64,000 bases of DNA from an uncultured delta proteobacterium (GTDB lineage Bacteria > Myxococcota > Myxococcia > Myxococcales > Myxococcaceae), in contig CAVQKE010000006.1 of assembly GCA_963713045.1 (NCBI GenBank), positions 1 through 64,000 on the forward strand. The letters are read 5' to 3'. The position numbers were made by a program, and so were the translations under genes. The notes under the pieces are model-generated. The model had not been told where the DNA came from. It ran no database searches and saw nothing but the letters and a program-made list of their open reading frames with translations. Shown here piece after piece: positions 18,867 through 28,423 of the stretch. How positions within the stretch are numbered: position 1 is the first letter of the stretch; the number at the start of each line of letters is the position of its first letter.

Positions 18867-20612
18867 ATGGTGGACAAGCAGAACACCAGCTTCATGCGCT
18901 CTCTGTGCATGGGCGACATTGAGGAGGACATCCTCTTGCCCTTCCCGCAGATGCCGGCCAAGGACGCCGAGACGCTGCGGGCCGTCTTCGCCTCCCTGGC
19001 TCAGCTGCTCGGGCCCAAGGAGAAGGAGTTCCGCGCCTGGGACGTCGCCGGAGAGATGCCGAGCGGCTTTTTGGAGGAGCTGAAGCAGTTTGGACTGTTT
19101 GGGATGGTCATCCCCGAGGAATTTGGAGGCCTCGGCTTCGGCAGCACGGCCTACTCCCGCGCGCTGCAGGAGGTGTCCCGGTACGACGGCTCGGTGGCCG
19201 CCACCGTCGGGGCACACCAGTCCATTGGGATGCGAGGTCTGTTGCTGTTTGGAACGGCGGAGCAGAAGCGGCGCTGGCTTCCGCGGCTGGCCACCGGAGA
19301 AATGGTGGCGGCCTTCTGCCTCACCGAGCCGGGTGCCGGCTCCGACGCGGCCGGGGTGAAGACGACGGCGGTCCGCGACGGCGACGCCTATGTCCTCAAC
19401 GGCAACAAGCTGTGGATTACCAATGGAGGCCTGGCCAGCTTCTTCACGGTGTTCGCCAAGACGGGCAAGCCGGACGAGCGCGGAAAACTCAGTGCCTTCA
19501 TCCTCACCCAGGACATGTCCGGGCTGAGCGTCGGGCCCCACGAGGACAAGATGGGCCTTCGGGCCAGTTCCACCGCGGCCGTCTTCCTGGACAACGTCCG
19601 CGTCCCAGCGGACCACCTGCTGGGGGAGGAGGGAAAGGGCTTCAAAGTCGCGATGCGCATCCTCAACAACGGGCGCACTGGCTTGGGCGGCGGCTGCATC
19701 GGGGGGATGAAGCGGATGGTGGAGCTGGCCAGCCGTCAGGCCAAAGGCCGCGTCCAATTTGGACAACCCATCAGCGACTTTGGCCTCATCAAGCAGAAGG
19801 TGGGCCACATGGTGGTGGAAACCTACGCCGCCGAGGCGGTGGTCGACTTGGTGGCCGGGCTGATTGACCAGGGCTACGAGGACTACGCCGTGGAGGCGGC
19901 CATCTCCAAAGTCTTCGCCACCGAGGCCCTGTGGCGCACCACCGATGAGGCGCTGCAGGTGGCGGGGGGCAACGGCTACATGCGGGAGTTTCCGTACGAG
20001 AGAGCGCTTCGGGATTGCCGAATCTTCCGCATCTGGGAGGGCACCAACGAGATTCTCCGCCTGTTCATCGCCCTCACCGCGATGAACGACGTCGGCGCCC
20101 AGCTGGCCGACCTGGCGGCCAGCCTCAAGGGCGCGCTGGCCGACCCCATCAAAGGCTTCGGCGTCCTCAGTGACTATGCCCGGCGCCGCGCCGGACTCGC
20201 CACCAACGTCGGGCGGGGAAAGGGCAGCTTTACTCGGCTGCACCCGGCGCTTCGGGACTCGGCCCAGGTGTTTGAGGAGGGGACGCGAGACCTGGCCAGC
20301 GCCGCCGACCGAATTCTGCGCAAGCACGGGAAGCGAATCGTGCAAATGCAGTTCGCCACACGGCGGTTGGCGGACATCATGATTGACCTCTTCGTGCTGG
20401 CCGCGGTCCTGTCGCGGGTCGACAGCTCGGTCAAGCGCATCGGCGTCGAGGCGGCGGCGCGGGAACAGGAGATTCTCGAAGTCTTCGCCGGTCAGGTGAG
20501 GCGGCGGGTCAAGAGCAACTTCGGAAAAATCGACGACAACGACGACGAGCTCATCAAGCGCCTGGCGGACCACGCCTTCCAGGAGGAGCGCTTCAGCTGG
20601 GACAACCTCTAG
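18867..20612 (+). CDS. Acyl-CoA dehydrogenase (ACAD9/VLCAD-like)
   Basis: [41 protein letters not shown] plus C-terminal extension. Confidence 0.95.
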   Translation: MVDKQNTSFMRSLCMGDIEEDILLPFPQMPAKDAETLRAVFASLAQLLGPKEKEFRAWDVAGEMPSGFLEELKQFGLFGMVIPEEFGGLGFGSTAYSRALQEVSRYDGSVAATVGAHQSIGMRGLLLFGTAEQKRRWLPRLATGEMVAAFCLTEPGAGSDAAGVKTTAVRDGDAYVLNGNKLWITNGGLASFFTVFAKTGKPDERGKLSAFILTQDMSGLSVGPHEDKMGLRASSTAAVFLDNVRVPADHLLGEEGKGFKVAMRILNNGRTGLGGGCIGGMKRMVELASRQAKGRVQFGQPISDFGLIKQKVGHMVVETYAAEAVVDLVAGLIDQGYEDYAVEAAISKVFATEALWRTTDEALQVAGGNGYMREFPYERALRDCRIFRIWEGTNEILRLFIALTAMNDVGAQLADLAASLKGALADPIKGFGVLSDYARRRAGLATNVGRGKGSFTRLHPALRDSAQVFEEGTRDLASAADRILRKHGKRIVQMQFATRRLADIMIDLFVLAAVLSRVDSSVKRIGVEAAAREQEILEVFAGQVRRRVKSNFGKIDDNDDELIKRLADHAFQEERFSWDNL

Positions 20613-20689
20613 CGCCGGGCCTCAAGCGGCCCGCCGGGCACGGCCCCGGCGCCCTCGCCTGGCGGTCCCAGCGTGCTAAGCAGCCGGCC

Positions 20690-21514
20690 ATGTCGACTCT
20701 CCGCGACAAGGTTCTTTTCATTACTGGCGCCAGCCGGGGCATTGGCCTCGCCATTGGCCGGCGCGCAGCCCAAGACGGCGCCCGCGTCGTCATCGCGGCA
20801 AAAACGGCGGAGCCCCACCCCAAGCTGCCGGGCACCATCTACACCGCGGCACAAGACATCGAGCGTGCCGGGGGGCAGGCGCTGCCGCTTACCGTGGACA
20901 TCCGCCAGGAGGGGCAGCTGGCCGAGGCGGTGGCCGAAACGGTGCGCACCTGGGGCGGCATCGACATCTGCGTCAACAACGCCTCCGCCATTGGCCTCAC
21001 CGACACCGAATCCACGCCGATGAAGCGCTTCGACCTGATGCAGCAGGTGAATGCCCGCGGCACCTTCGCCACCACCCAAGCGTGCCTGCCTCACCTCAAG
21101 CGCGCGAAAAACCCTCACGTCCTCAACCTGTCGCCGCCGCTCAACATGAAGGCGCACTGGTTCGCCGGTCACGTCGCCTACACCATGGCCAAATACGGGA
21201 TGAGCATGTGCGTGCTGGGGATGGCCGAGGAATTCAAGCCCTTCGGTGTCGCCGTCAACGCCCTCTGGCCCCGCACCGCCATCGCCACTGTCGCGATGCA
21301 GATGCTGGGGGGCGGCCCGGAGGTGCTTCGCCAGTGCCGCACGGTGGACATCATGGCCGACGCGGCACATGCCATTCTCGTCCGGGACGCGAAGGCCTGC
21401 ACCGGAAACTTCTTCATCGACGATGAAGTGCTGCGCCAGGAGGGCGTCACCGACTTGAGCCGCTACGCCGTCGACCCCAAGGCCGACCTCCTCCCGGACT
21501 TCTTTCTCGACTAG
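20690..21514 (+). CDS. Short-chain dehydrogenase (HSDL2-like)
   Basis: ITGASRGIG, KTAEPHPKLPGTI, NNAS, YTMAK, NALWPRT. Confidence 0.93.
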   Translation: MSTLRDKVLFITGASRGIGLAIGRRAAQDGARVVIAAKTAEPHPKLPGTIYTAAQDIERAGGQALPLTVDIRQEGQLAEAVAETVRTWGGIDICVNNASAIGLTDTESTPMKRFDLMQQVNARGTFATTQACLPHLKRAKNPHVLNLSPPLNMKAHWFAGHVAYTMAKYGMSMCVLGMAEEFKPFGVAVNALWPRTAIATVAMQMLGGGPEVLRQCRTVDIMADAAHAILVRDAKACTGNFFIDDEVLRQEGVTDLSRYAVDPKADLLPDFFLD

Positions 21515-21679
21515 CACTGCCAACAGCAGCCCGGGGCCCACCCCTGCTGGCTGGCTGCTCGCTGGCGGGTGGACTTCGCCCTCCAGGGCCTCCCGTGGGG
21601 AAAGGGGGCTTCCGCACCGCCCGGCCGCCAGTCATGCTGCAGGTCCGACTGCTGCCACCTCCATCGCCCGCCTTTTAGT

Positions 21680-24600
21680 GTGAACGTGTCCGACGCCTCA
21701 CCCCAGCCCGCCCCGTCCGTGCCCGCCCCTCCGCCGGGGGCGCCGTCCCGGCCACCGGGAAGCGCGGTGGAGCGCTTCGTCGACGCTGTCCGCCGGCGCC
21801 AGCGGCGCGCCTTTCTTCTGCAGGGCGCGCTCCAGGCGGTGGCGGCACTGGCCATCGCGACACTTGGCGCAGCGCTTTTGGCCCGCTCCGCCCCTGTGGC
21901 GGCGCGCTGGCTTCTCCTCGCCGGCGGACTGACCGCGCTCGGGCTGCTGGTGTTTCGCGGGTGGGTGCAGGCTGCCCAAAGCGCCGGAGACCGCTTCCGC
22001 ACCGCGCGCGTGGTGGCGGCGCGCCTGCCGGGGGTGAGTCTGGACTTGCTGGCCGCCTTGGAGTTGCGCGCGGCCCTTGGCCACACCGACGCCTTTTCCC
22101 AGGAATTGGCCCGCGCCTACCTCTCCGGCACGGACCAGCGCGCGGCAGCGCTCGATGCGCGGCACGTGGTGGATGGCAAGCCGACGCGGGTGGCACTGCT
22201 GTTGGCCTTGGGCGCACTGCTGCTGCTCGGGCTGGGGGCGCTGCTGGCCCCCGCCGGGTTACGGCCTTTGGTGCGGCTGCTGCTTCCGCTGCCCGCCAGC
22301 ACCGCCTCGGCACGCGAGCCCATCACCGGCGACGTCGAACTTACCTACCGCTACCCGGCATACGTCGGCCTGATGCCACGCACCGTCTCCGGCACCGGCG
22401 GGGAGATTTCCGCGCCGGTGGGGACGGTGGTGGAGCTCCGGACGCGCTCAGACCGGCCGGTGGCGCAGGCGGGGTTGGTGGTGAATGGCCAGGCGGTGCC
22501 GCTGCGGGTGGAGAACGGCCGCGACCTCTCCGGAAGCCTGGTGGTCAGCAAGTCGGGAAGCTATGCGGTGGCCTTTTACGGCCGGACCGGCCGGGAACTG
22601 GTGCGTGGCCCGGACGTGGCCCTCACCGCCGAGCCGGACAAACCGCCTTCTGTGTCGCTCCTCCTGCCGGCCTCGGACGTCGAGGTGGACCCAGGCGGCG
22701 AGGTGGTGCTGCGCTGGGAGGCGACGGACGACCACGGGCTGCAGGCCCTGGCCCTCGTCTTCCAGCCGCCTTCGGGCGGCGAGACGCGCGTGCCGCTGCC
22801 GCTTGAGGAGGGCCGGCGAAGCCAGGGGACGTCGCACTGGGCCTTGGCCCCCCTCAAGCTGTCGCCGGGGGACCGCGTCAGCTACTTCCTCGAAGCGACG
22901 GACAATGACGCGGTGGACGGCCCACAAAAGGGGACCAGCCGCGTCCAGGCCCTCCACGTCTACAGCGCCGCCGAGCACCGGCAGGAAGCCATCCACCAGA
23001 TGCAAGCGCTGTGGGAGCGCATGGTGACGCACTTGGCCGACCGCATGGAGGGACCGGACCGCGCCCGCACCCGGGACCTCACCGCCGTCACCGCGCAGGC
23101 GCGGGTGGACGAGTCGGGGCATGCGCTGGCCTCTGACTTGGTGACCACCGGCCGCCAGCTGGCTTTGGAACGCGACCGGCAGGAAGCGCTGGTCGCCGCC
23201 GCAGCCAACATTGGCCAGCGGCTCGCCCGTGCGGTCCGCACCACCTCCGACGCGCGACGCCTCTACCTTCGCCTCGGCAGCCGCCCCGGAGAAAACGACC
23301 CGGCGACGCGACTCTCCCGGGCCGCGGTGGAGGAGGTGGCACAGGTGGAGCGCGACGTGCTGTACCTCGAGTCGTTGCTGGACCGGCAACGCACCGAGGA
23401 AGTCCGCGAGCTCACCGAAGCGCTTTCCCACGACCAACGGGAGCTGGCGCAGCTCATCGAACGCTTCCAATCCACCAAGGACCCTTCGGTGCGCGAGCAG
23501 CTGCTGCGTCAGCTCGCCACCTTGCGCCAGCACATGAATGAGTTGATGCGGCGGAGCCTCGCCCTGGGCCGGGCGGTGCACCTGGACGAGCACCTGAATT
23601 TGGAAAGCCTCGGCGAGAGCATGGGCTCGGCCTTGGACGAGATTGAGAAGCTGCTTCGTGAAGGGAAGACCCAGGAGGCGCTGGCCAAGCTGCAACAACT
23701 GCAGGCCCAGACCACGGAGCAACTGCGCCAGGAGGAGGAGGCGGTGGGGCGGGCCGACCCGGAATTGGTGAAGCGCTTTCGCGACTTCGCCGACGCCCTC
23801 AAAGAGACGCATGACGAGCAGGCCAAGGTGGCGTCTGAGACGAAGAGTGTGCGCGACCGTTACCGCGACCAACAGCGCGAGCGTCTGCAGCAAAAGGGCG
23901 GGGCGGTGAAGGAGCAAATCCGCCGCGACCTCGAGGCGGTGGCTTCGGACTACCGAAAAATACGGCCCGGCGAACTGGGGCAACGCAGCGACAAGGCGCT
24001 GGAGAACGCCCAGTCCGAGCTCGACAACCTGAGGAGCGCGCTGCGCTCGGACGACTTCGACCTCGCCAGCGAGGCGGCGCGGGCGGCGGGGATGGCCTCA
24101 GAGGAAATTGCCCGCGACGCCGAGCAACAGCACGCGCTGCAGGAGGCCTACCGCAGCCCGGGCGAGTCCCGCGACCAGTCCAAGCACCTGGCGCAGCGCA
24201 CCGCCCAAGACGCCCAGAGGATGCGCGACATTCAGCGCAGCTTGCAGCAGCTGTTTCCCCCCATTGGCTCGCAGCTCTCCGGCCCGGACCGCACGCGGAT
24301 GCAGCAGCTCGGCCAACAGCAGCAGGGGCTGGAACGGCGTTCACAGGACCTCCTTCAGAAGATGGAGCAACTCAACAAGCTGGCGCCGCTGTTCGGCGAG
24401 CAGGGCGTCGAGCAGCTCGAACAAGTCTCCGAGCGGATGGCCAACGCCCGGGAACGCCTCGAGGGCCGTGACCCTGGCCGCGGCTACGGTGAGCAGAAGG
24501 CGGCCCTCGACGGGCTCGAGCAACTGCAGCAGCAGATGCAGCAGAGCCAGCGCGCCGGTGGCCGGGGCGGCGGCTTTCCCCTGCCGATGTTTGCCACCGG

Positions 24601-24772
24601 CCCGGGCGAAGGCGGCAACGACATCGCGCCACAGAAGGTGGAGATTCCCGACCCCGACCCGGGAGCGGCCTTCCAGGATTTTCGGAAGGACCTCCTCAAC
24701 GCCATGAAGCAGGGGACGCCCGAGCGCTACCGTGAGCAGGTGAAGAGTTATTACGAGGAGCTGGTGAAGTGA
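21680..24772 (+). CDS. DUF4175-like membrane-anchored protein with Ig-like domains and long Gln/Glu-rich coiled coil
   Basis: Three N-terminal TMs, YRYPAY, ATDDHGL, YFLEATDND, C-terminal PERYREQVKSYYEEL; start approximate. Confidence 0.75.
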   Translation: MNVSDASPQPAPSVPAPPPGAPSRPPGSAVERFVDAVRRRQRRAFLLQGALQAVAALAIATLGAALLARSAPVAARWLLLAGGLTALGLLVFRGWVQAAQSAGDRFRTARVVAARLPGVSLDLLAALELRAALGHTDAFSQELARAYLSGTDQRAAALDARHVVDGKPTRVALLLALGALLLLGLGALLAPAGLRPLVRLLLPLPASTASAREPITGDVELTYRYPAYVGLMPRTVSGTGGEISAPVGTVVELRTRSDRPVAQAGLVVNGQAVPLRVENGRDLSGSLVVSKSGSYAVAFYGRTGRELVRGPDVALTAEPDKPPSVSLLLPASDVEVDPGGEVVLRWEATDDHGLQALALVFQPPSGGETRVPLPLEEGRRSQGTSHWALAPLKLSPGDRVSYFLEATDNDAVDGPQKGTSRVQALHVYSAAEHRQEAIHQMQALWERMVTHLADRMEGPDRARTRDLTAVTAQARVDESGHALASDLVTTGRQLALERDRQEALVAAAANIGQRLARAVRTTSDARRLYLRLGSRPGENDPATRLSRAAVEEVAQVERDVLYLESLLDRQRTEEVRELTEALSHDQRELAQLIERFQSTKDPSVREQLLRQLATLRQHMNELMRRSLALGRAVHLDEHLNLESLGESMGSALDEIEKLLREGKTQEALAKLQQLQAQTTEQLRQEEEAVGRADPELVKRFRDFADALKETHDEQAKVASETKSVRDRYRDQQRERLQQKGGAVKEQIRRDLEAVASDYRKIRPGELGQRSDKALENAQSELDNLRSALRSDDFDLASEAARAAGMASEEIARDAEQQHALQEAYRSPGESRDQSKHLAQRTAQDAQRMRDIQRSLQQLFPPIGSQLSGPDRTRMQQLGQQQQGLERRSQDLLQKMEQLNKLAPLFGEQGVEQLEQVSERMANARERLEGRDPGRGYGEQKAALDGLEQLQQQMQQSQRAGGRGGGFPLPMFATGPGEGGNDIAPQKVEIPDPDPGAAFQDFRKDLLNAMKQGTPERYREQVKSYYEELVK

Positions 24773-26502
24773 CCGGGGCCCTTCTCGTCCTGCTGCTCGG
24801 CGTCGGGCTGGCCCATCCCTCCGAGGCGGCGCCCAGCACCGAGGCGCGGGCGCGCCTGCGCGCGCTGGAGGGCCTCCTCGACGAGGAGGACTACAACGGC
24901 GCGCACGCCGCCCTGGAGGAACTCCGGGCTCAGCACCCGGAGGCGGCCGAGTCGCTGGACTTCTTCGGGGGCCGCATCGCCTTCGGTGAGGGCCGCTACA
25001 ACGAAGCGGTGGAGCTGCTGGAAGCGGCCGGCGGGGATGACCGCCCAGGCTCCTACCTCCGCCTGGCCCGCGACGCGCTGGCCCTCACCAAGGACGACGG
25101 CCGCGCTGAAAGTGCGCACTTCGTCTTCCTCTACCCTCGCGGCAAGGACGAGGTGCTCGCCCCCTGGGCCCTGGAGACGTTGGAGGCGCAACGGGCCGCC
25201 CTCTTGGAAGACCTCGGCTATGCCCCTCCCGGCAAGGTGCGGGTGGAGCTGGTCAACGACGCCTCGGACTTGGCGCGGGCCTCCACCCTGTCCAAGAAGG
25301 AAATTGATGCCACCGGCACCATCGCCATCTGCAAGTTCAACAAACTCATCGTCACCAGCCCCAAGGCAGTCCTCAAGGGCTACGACTGGCTCGACACCTT
25401 GGCCCACGAATACACCCACCTGGTGGTGACGCAGCGGGCCCACAACACCGTCCCCATCTGGCTTCAAGAGGCGCTTGCCAAATACCTCGAGTCCCGTTGG
25501 CGCGGCCAGGCCGGAAAGGCGCTTCCTCCCTCCTCGCGCGCGCTGTTGGCCGAGCGGGTGAAGCACAACACCCTCATCCCCTTCGCCAAAATGCACCCGT
25601 CGATGGCCAAGCTTCCCTCCTGGCAAGACGCCGCGACCGCCTTCGCCGAAGTCTTCCTCGCGGCCGAGTACCTGGACCACGAGCACGGCCGCAAAGCGCT
25701 GCGCGGCATTGTGGAGGCAATGGCCACTGGGGCCTCGGACCAGCAGGCGGTGGAAGTCGTCACCGGGCACAGCTTTTCTGCCTTCGAGCGAGGTTGGATG
25801 GCTTACCTACGCTCGCAGCCCGTTCCCCGCGCCGCGCCCCTCGGCGCCGAGAAGCTGGTCCTGCGCGACCCGAAGGCCACGGCCAAAGCTCCCGAGGCCA
25901 AGGGGCGCGAAATCGGCCTCCAGGACTTCGCGGACGTGGAGGAGGCGGCGGCCCGCCGCTATGCGCACCTGGGAGAGTTGTTTCGAGAGCGCGGGCGCTT
26001 CGGCGCCGCCGCCGAGGAATTCGGCCACGCCCACACCTTGGTTGGCAGCAAGTATGAATCGGTGTCCAACAAGTATGCGCTCGCCCTGTTCGCCGTCCGG
26101 CGGGTGGATGAGGCGGAGAAGGTGCTGCTCGCAGCGCTGGAGGCCCATCCCGGAAGCGCCACCACCCAGGTCCACCTGGGGCGCATCTACCTCTCCCGTG
26201 GTGAGTGGCGGCGCGCCCGGGACGCCTACCAGGGGGCCATTGCCCAGGACCCCTTCGACCCGGAAATCCACCTGGCGCTGATTCGGGCCGCCGACGGGCT
26301 GAAGGACGCCCCCCTCGGGCAGCGAGCCCGCAATGCCGCCAGCATCCTCACCGGTCTGCCGTCAGAGCGCCTGGAGGCCTTGGCCAAGCGCTTCCCCGGC
26401 CCGGAGGCGGACCTCTCCAACGTTGAGCTGCCAGCGGCACGACCCGACGCCAAACCGCCGGCTCCGGCACCCACCCCTCGACCCGCCCCGCCCACCAACT
26501 GA
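24769..26502 (+). CDS. Exported TPR protein with peptidase MA-like (gluzincin) domain
   Basis: Signal peptide; LAHEYTH...PIWLQEALA; TPR-like helices at both ends. Confidence 0.8.
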   Translation: MTGALLVLLLGVGLAHPSEAAPSTEARARLRALEGLLDEEDYNGAHAALEELRAQHPEAAESLDFFGGRIAFGEGRYNEAVELLEAAGGDDRPGSYLRLARDALALTKDDGRAESAHFVFLYPRGKDEVLAPWALETLEAQRAALLEDLGYAPPGKVRVELVNDASDLARASTLSKKEIDATGTIAICKFNKLIVTSPKAVLKGYDWLDTLAHEYTHLVVTQRAHNTVPIWLQEALAKYLESRWRGQAGKALPPSSRALLAERVKHNTLIPFAKMHPSMAKLPSWQDAATAFAEVFLAAEYLDHEHGRKALRGIVEAMATGASDQQAVEVVTGHSFSAFERGWMAYLRSQPVPRAAPLGAEKLVLRDPKATAKAPEAKGREIGLQDFADVEEAAARRYAHLGELFRERGRFGAAAEEFGHAHTLVGSKYESVSNKYALALFAVRRVDEAEKVLLAALEAHPGSATTQVHLGRIYLSRGEWRRARDAYQGAIAQDPFDPEIHLALIRAADGLKDAPLGQRARNAASILTGLPSERLEALAKRFPGPEADLSNVELPAARPDAKPPAPAPTPRPAPPTN

Positions 26503-26504
26503 CC

Positions 26505-27527
26505 ATGACGCCTCCCCTCTCCTCTCCGCTGTCCTTAGAAATGGGCGACGACTTGAGCAGCGTCCAGGCGCTGGCCGAGGCCAAGCGGCTGATTGTCGAG
26601 CAGATTGGGAAGCGCATCATCGGCCACGACGCAGTGGTGGAACACTTGCTGGTGGCCCTCTTTGCCCGCGGGCATTGCCTCTTCGTCGGGGTGCCTGGCC
26701 TGGCCAAGACGCTGCTCATCTCCACCCTGGCCGAAGTCCTCAACCTCGACTTCAACCGCATTCAATTCACGCCCGACCTGATGCCCTCGGACATCACCGG
26801 CACCGACATCCTCGAGGAGGACCGGGCCAGCGGGCGCCGGGACTTTCGCTTCGTGCCGGGTCCGCTGTTCGCCAACATTGTGCTGGCCGATGAAGTCAAC
26901 CGGACACCTCCCAAGACACAGGCCGCGCTGCTGCAGGCGATGCAGGAATACCGGGTGACAGCCGGCGGGCGGACCTACGCACTGGAGCTGCCGTTCCTCG
27001 TCTTCGCCACCCAAAACCCGATTGAGCAAGAGGGCACCTACCCCCTCCCGGAAGCCCAGCTGGACCGCTTCATGTTCTTCGTCGACGTGGGCTACCCGTC
27101 GGCCGAGGAGGAGGCGGAGATTGTGCGGACCACCACCGGCGCCAACGCACCGAAACTGCACAAGGTGTTGTCGCCGGAGCAAATTCTCGCCCTCCAGGAA
27201 CTTGTCCGCCGGGTGCCGGTCCCGGACCACGTGGTGCGCCACGCGGTGGACTTGGTCCGCCACACCCGGCCCAAGGAAAGCACCGCCCCGGACTTCATCC
27301 GCCGACACGTCTCCTGGGGAGCAGGCCCCCGGGCCAGCCAGTACCTGGTCCTCGGCGCCAAGGCGCGGGCCGTGCTGCAGGGGCGCTACGCCGCCAGCGT
27401 GGAGGACGTTCGCGCGCTCGCTCAGCCGGTGCTACGCCACCGGGTGCTGCCCAACTTCACCGCCGAGTCCGAGGGCATCACCGCCGAGCAGCTGGTGCAG
27501 CAGGTGCTCGAGCTGGTGAAGCCCTAG
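26505..27527 (+). CDS. MoxR-family AAA+ ATPase
   Basis: GVPGLAKT, RIQFTPDLMPSDITG, DEVNRTPPKTQAALL, ATQNPIEQEGTYPLPEAQLDRF. Confidence 0.96.
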   Translation: MTPPLSSPLSLEMGDDLSSVQALAEAKRLIVEQIGKRIIGHDAVVEHLLVALFARGHCLFVGVPGLAKTLLISTLAEVLNLDFNRIQFTPDLMPSDITGTDILEEDRASGRRDFRFVPGPLFANIVLADEVNRTPPKTQAALLQAMQEYRVTAGGRTYALELPFLVFATQNPIEQEGTYPLPEAQLDRFMFFVDVGYPSAEEEAEIVRTTTGANAPKLHKVLSPEQILALQELVRRVPVPDHVVRHAVDLVRHTRPKESTAPDFIRRHVSWGAGPRASQYLVLGAKARAVLQGRYAASVEDVRALAQPVLRHRVLPNFTAESEGITAEQLVQQVLELVKP

Positions 27528-27538
27528 GCCTACCCACC

Positions 27539-28423
27539 GTGGCTCTCCTCGACGCCGCCACCATCGCCAAGCTGGCCGGGGTGAAGCTGCGCGCCCGCGC
27601 CGTCATGGAGGGGGTGTTGTCCGGCCTGCACAAAAGTCCACACCAGGGCCAAAGCGTCGAATTCGCCGAGCACAAGGAATATGCGCCCGGCGACGAGCTA
27701 CGGCACCTGGACTGGAAGGCCTACGCCAAATTCGACCGCTTCTACGTGAAGCGCTTCGAGCACGAGACCGAGCTGCGCGCGGTGCTGGTGGTGGACGCGA
27801 GCGGCTCCATGGGCTACCGCTCCGGTGCCCTCTCCAAACTCGAAGTGGCCACCACCCTGGCTGGCGCCCTCAGCTACCTCTTGGTGCGCCAGCAAGACGC
27901 CGCTGGCCTCTCGGTGGTGAGTGGCGGACGCTCGGCCGACATTCCCCCACGGGCGGCGGCCGGCCATTTGATGACGCTGCTCTCCGCCCTGGAGCAGCTC
28001 GAGCCCCAGGGGCCCACCAACCTGCACGCGGCCGCGGACCGCCTGGCCGAGGGGCTCCCCCGCCGGGCGCTGGTGGTGGTTTTCTCCGACTTCTTTGACG
28101 ACACGCCGGAGGGGCTGCGCCGCATCCTCCAGCTCCGCGCGCGAAAGCACGACGTGGCCGTTTTCCAGATTCTCGACTCCGATGAATTGGAATTCCCCTT
28201 CGACGACCCGACCCTTTTCCTCTCGATGGAGGACGAGCGGCGTCTGGAAGTCAACGCCCGAGAAATTCGCGAAAGCTACCTGGAAGAATTCGGGGCCTTC
28301 CTCGCCCAGACGCGTGCCCTCTGTGCCGAAATGGACGTCGACTACCAGCTGGTCCGCACCGACGCCTCCCTGGACGCTGTGCTGCTGCAATTTCTGGCCA
28401 AGCGCCAAGGGCGGCGGCGGTGA
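27539..28423 (+). CDS. DUF58 (VWA-like) protein
   Basis: GLHKS..QGQSVEFAEHKEY.PGD..RHLDWK, VDASGSM, VFSDF. Confidence 0.93.
   Translation: MALLDAATIAKLAGVKLRARAVMEGVLSGLHKSPHQGQSVEFAEHKEYAPGDELRHLDWKAYAKFDRFYVKRFEHETELRAVLVVDASGSMGYRSGALSKLEVATTLAGALSYLLVRQQDAAGLSVVSGGRSADIPPRAAAGHLMTLLSALEQLEPQGPTNLHAAADRLAEGLPRRALVVVFSDFFDDTPEGLRRILQLRARKHDVAVFQILDSDELEFPFDDPTLFLSMEDERRLEVNAREIRESYLEEFGAFLAQTRALCAEMDVDYQLVRTDASLDAVLLQFLAKRQGRRR

Noticed and set aside
18444..20573. Long antisense ORFs (also 12709-14745, 17342-18760, 22448-23983, 51543-53261, 57434-59095)
   Set aside because: Shadow frames of real genes in high-GC DNA; no recognisable motifs
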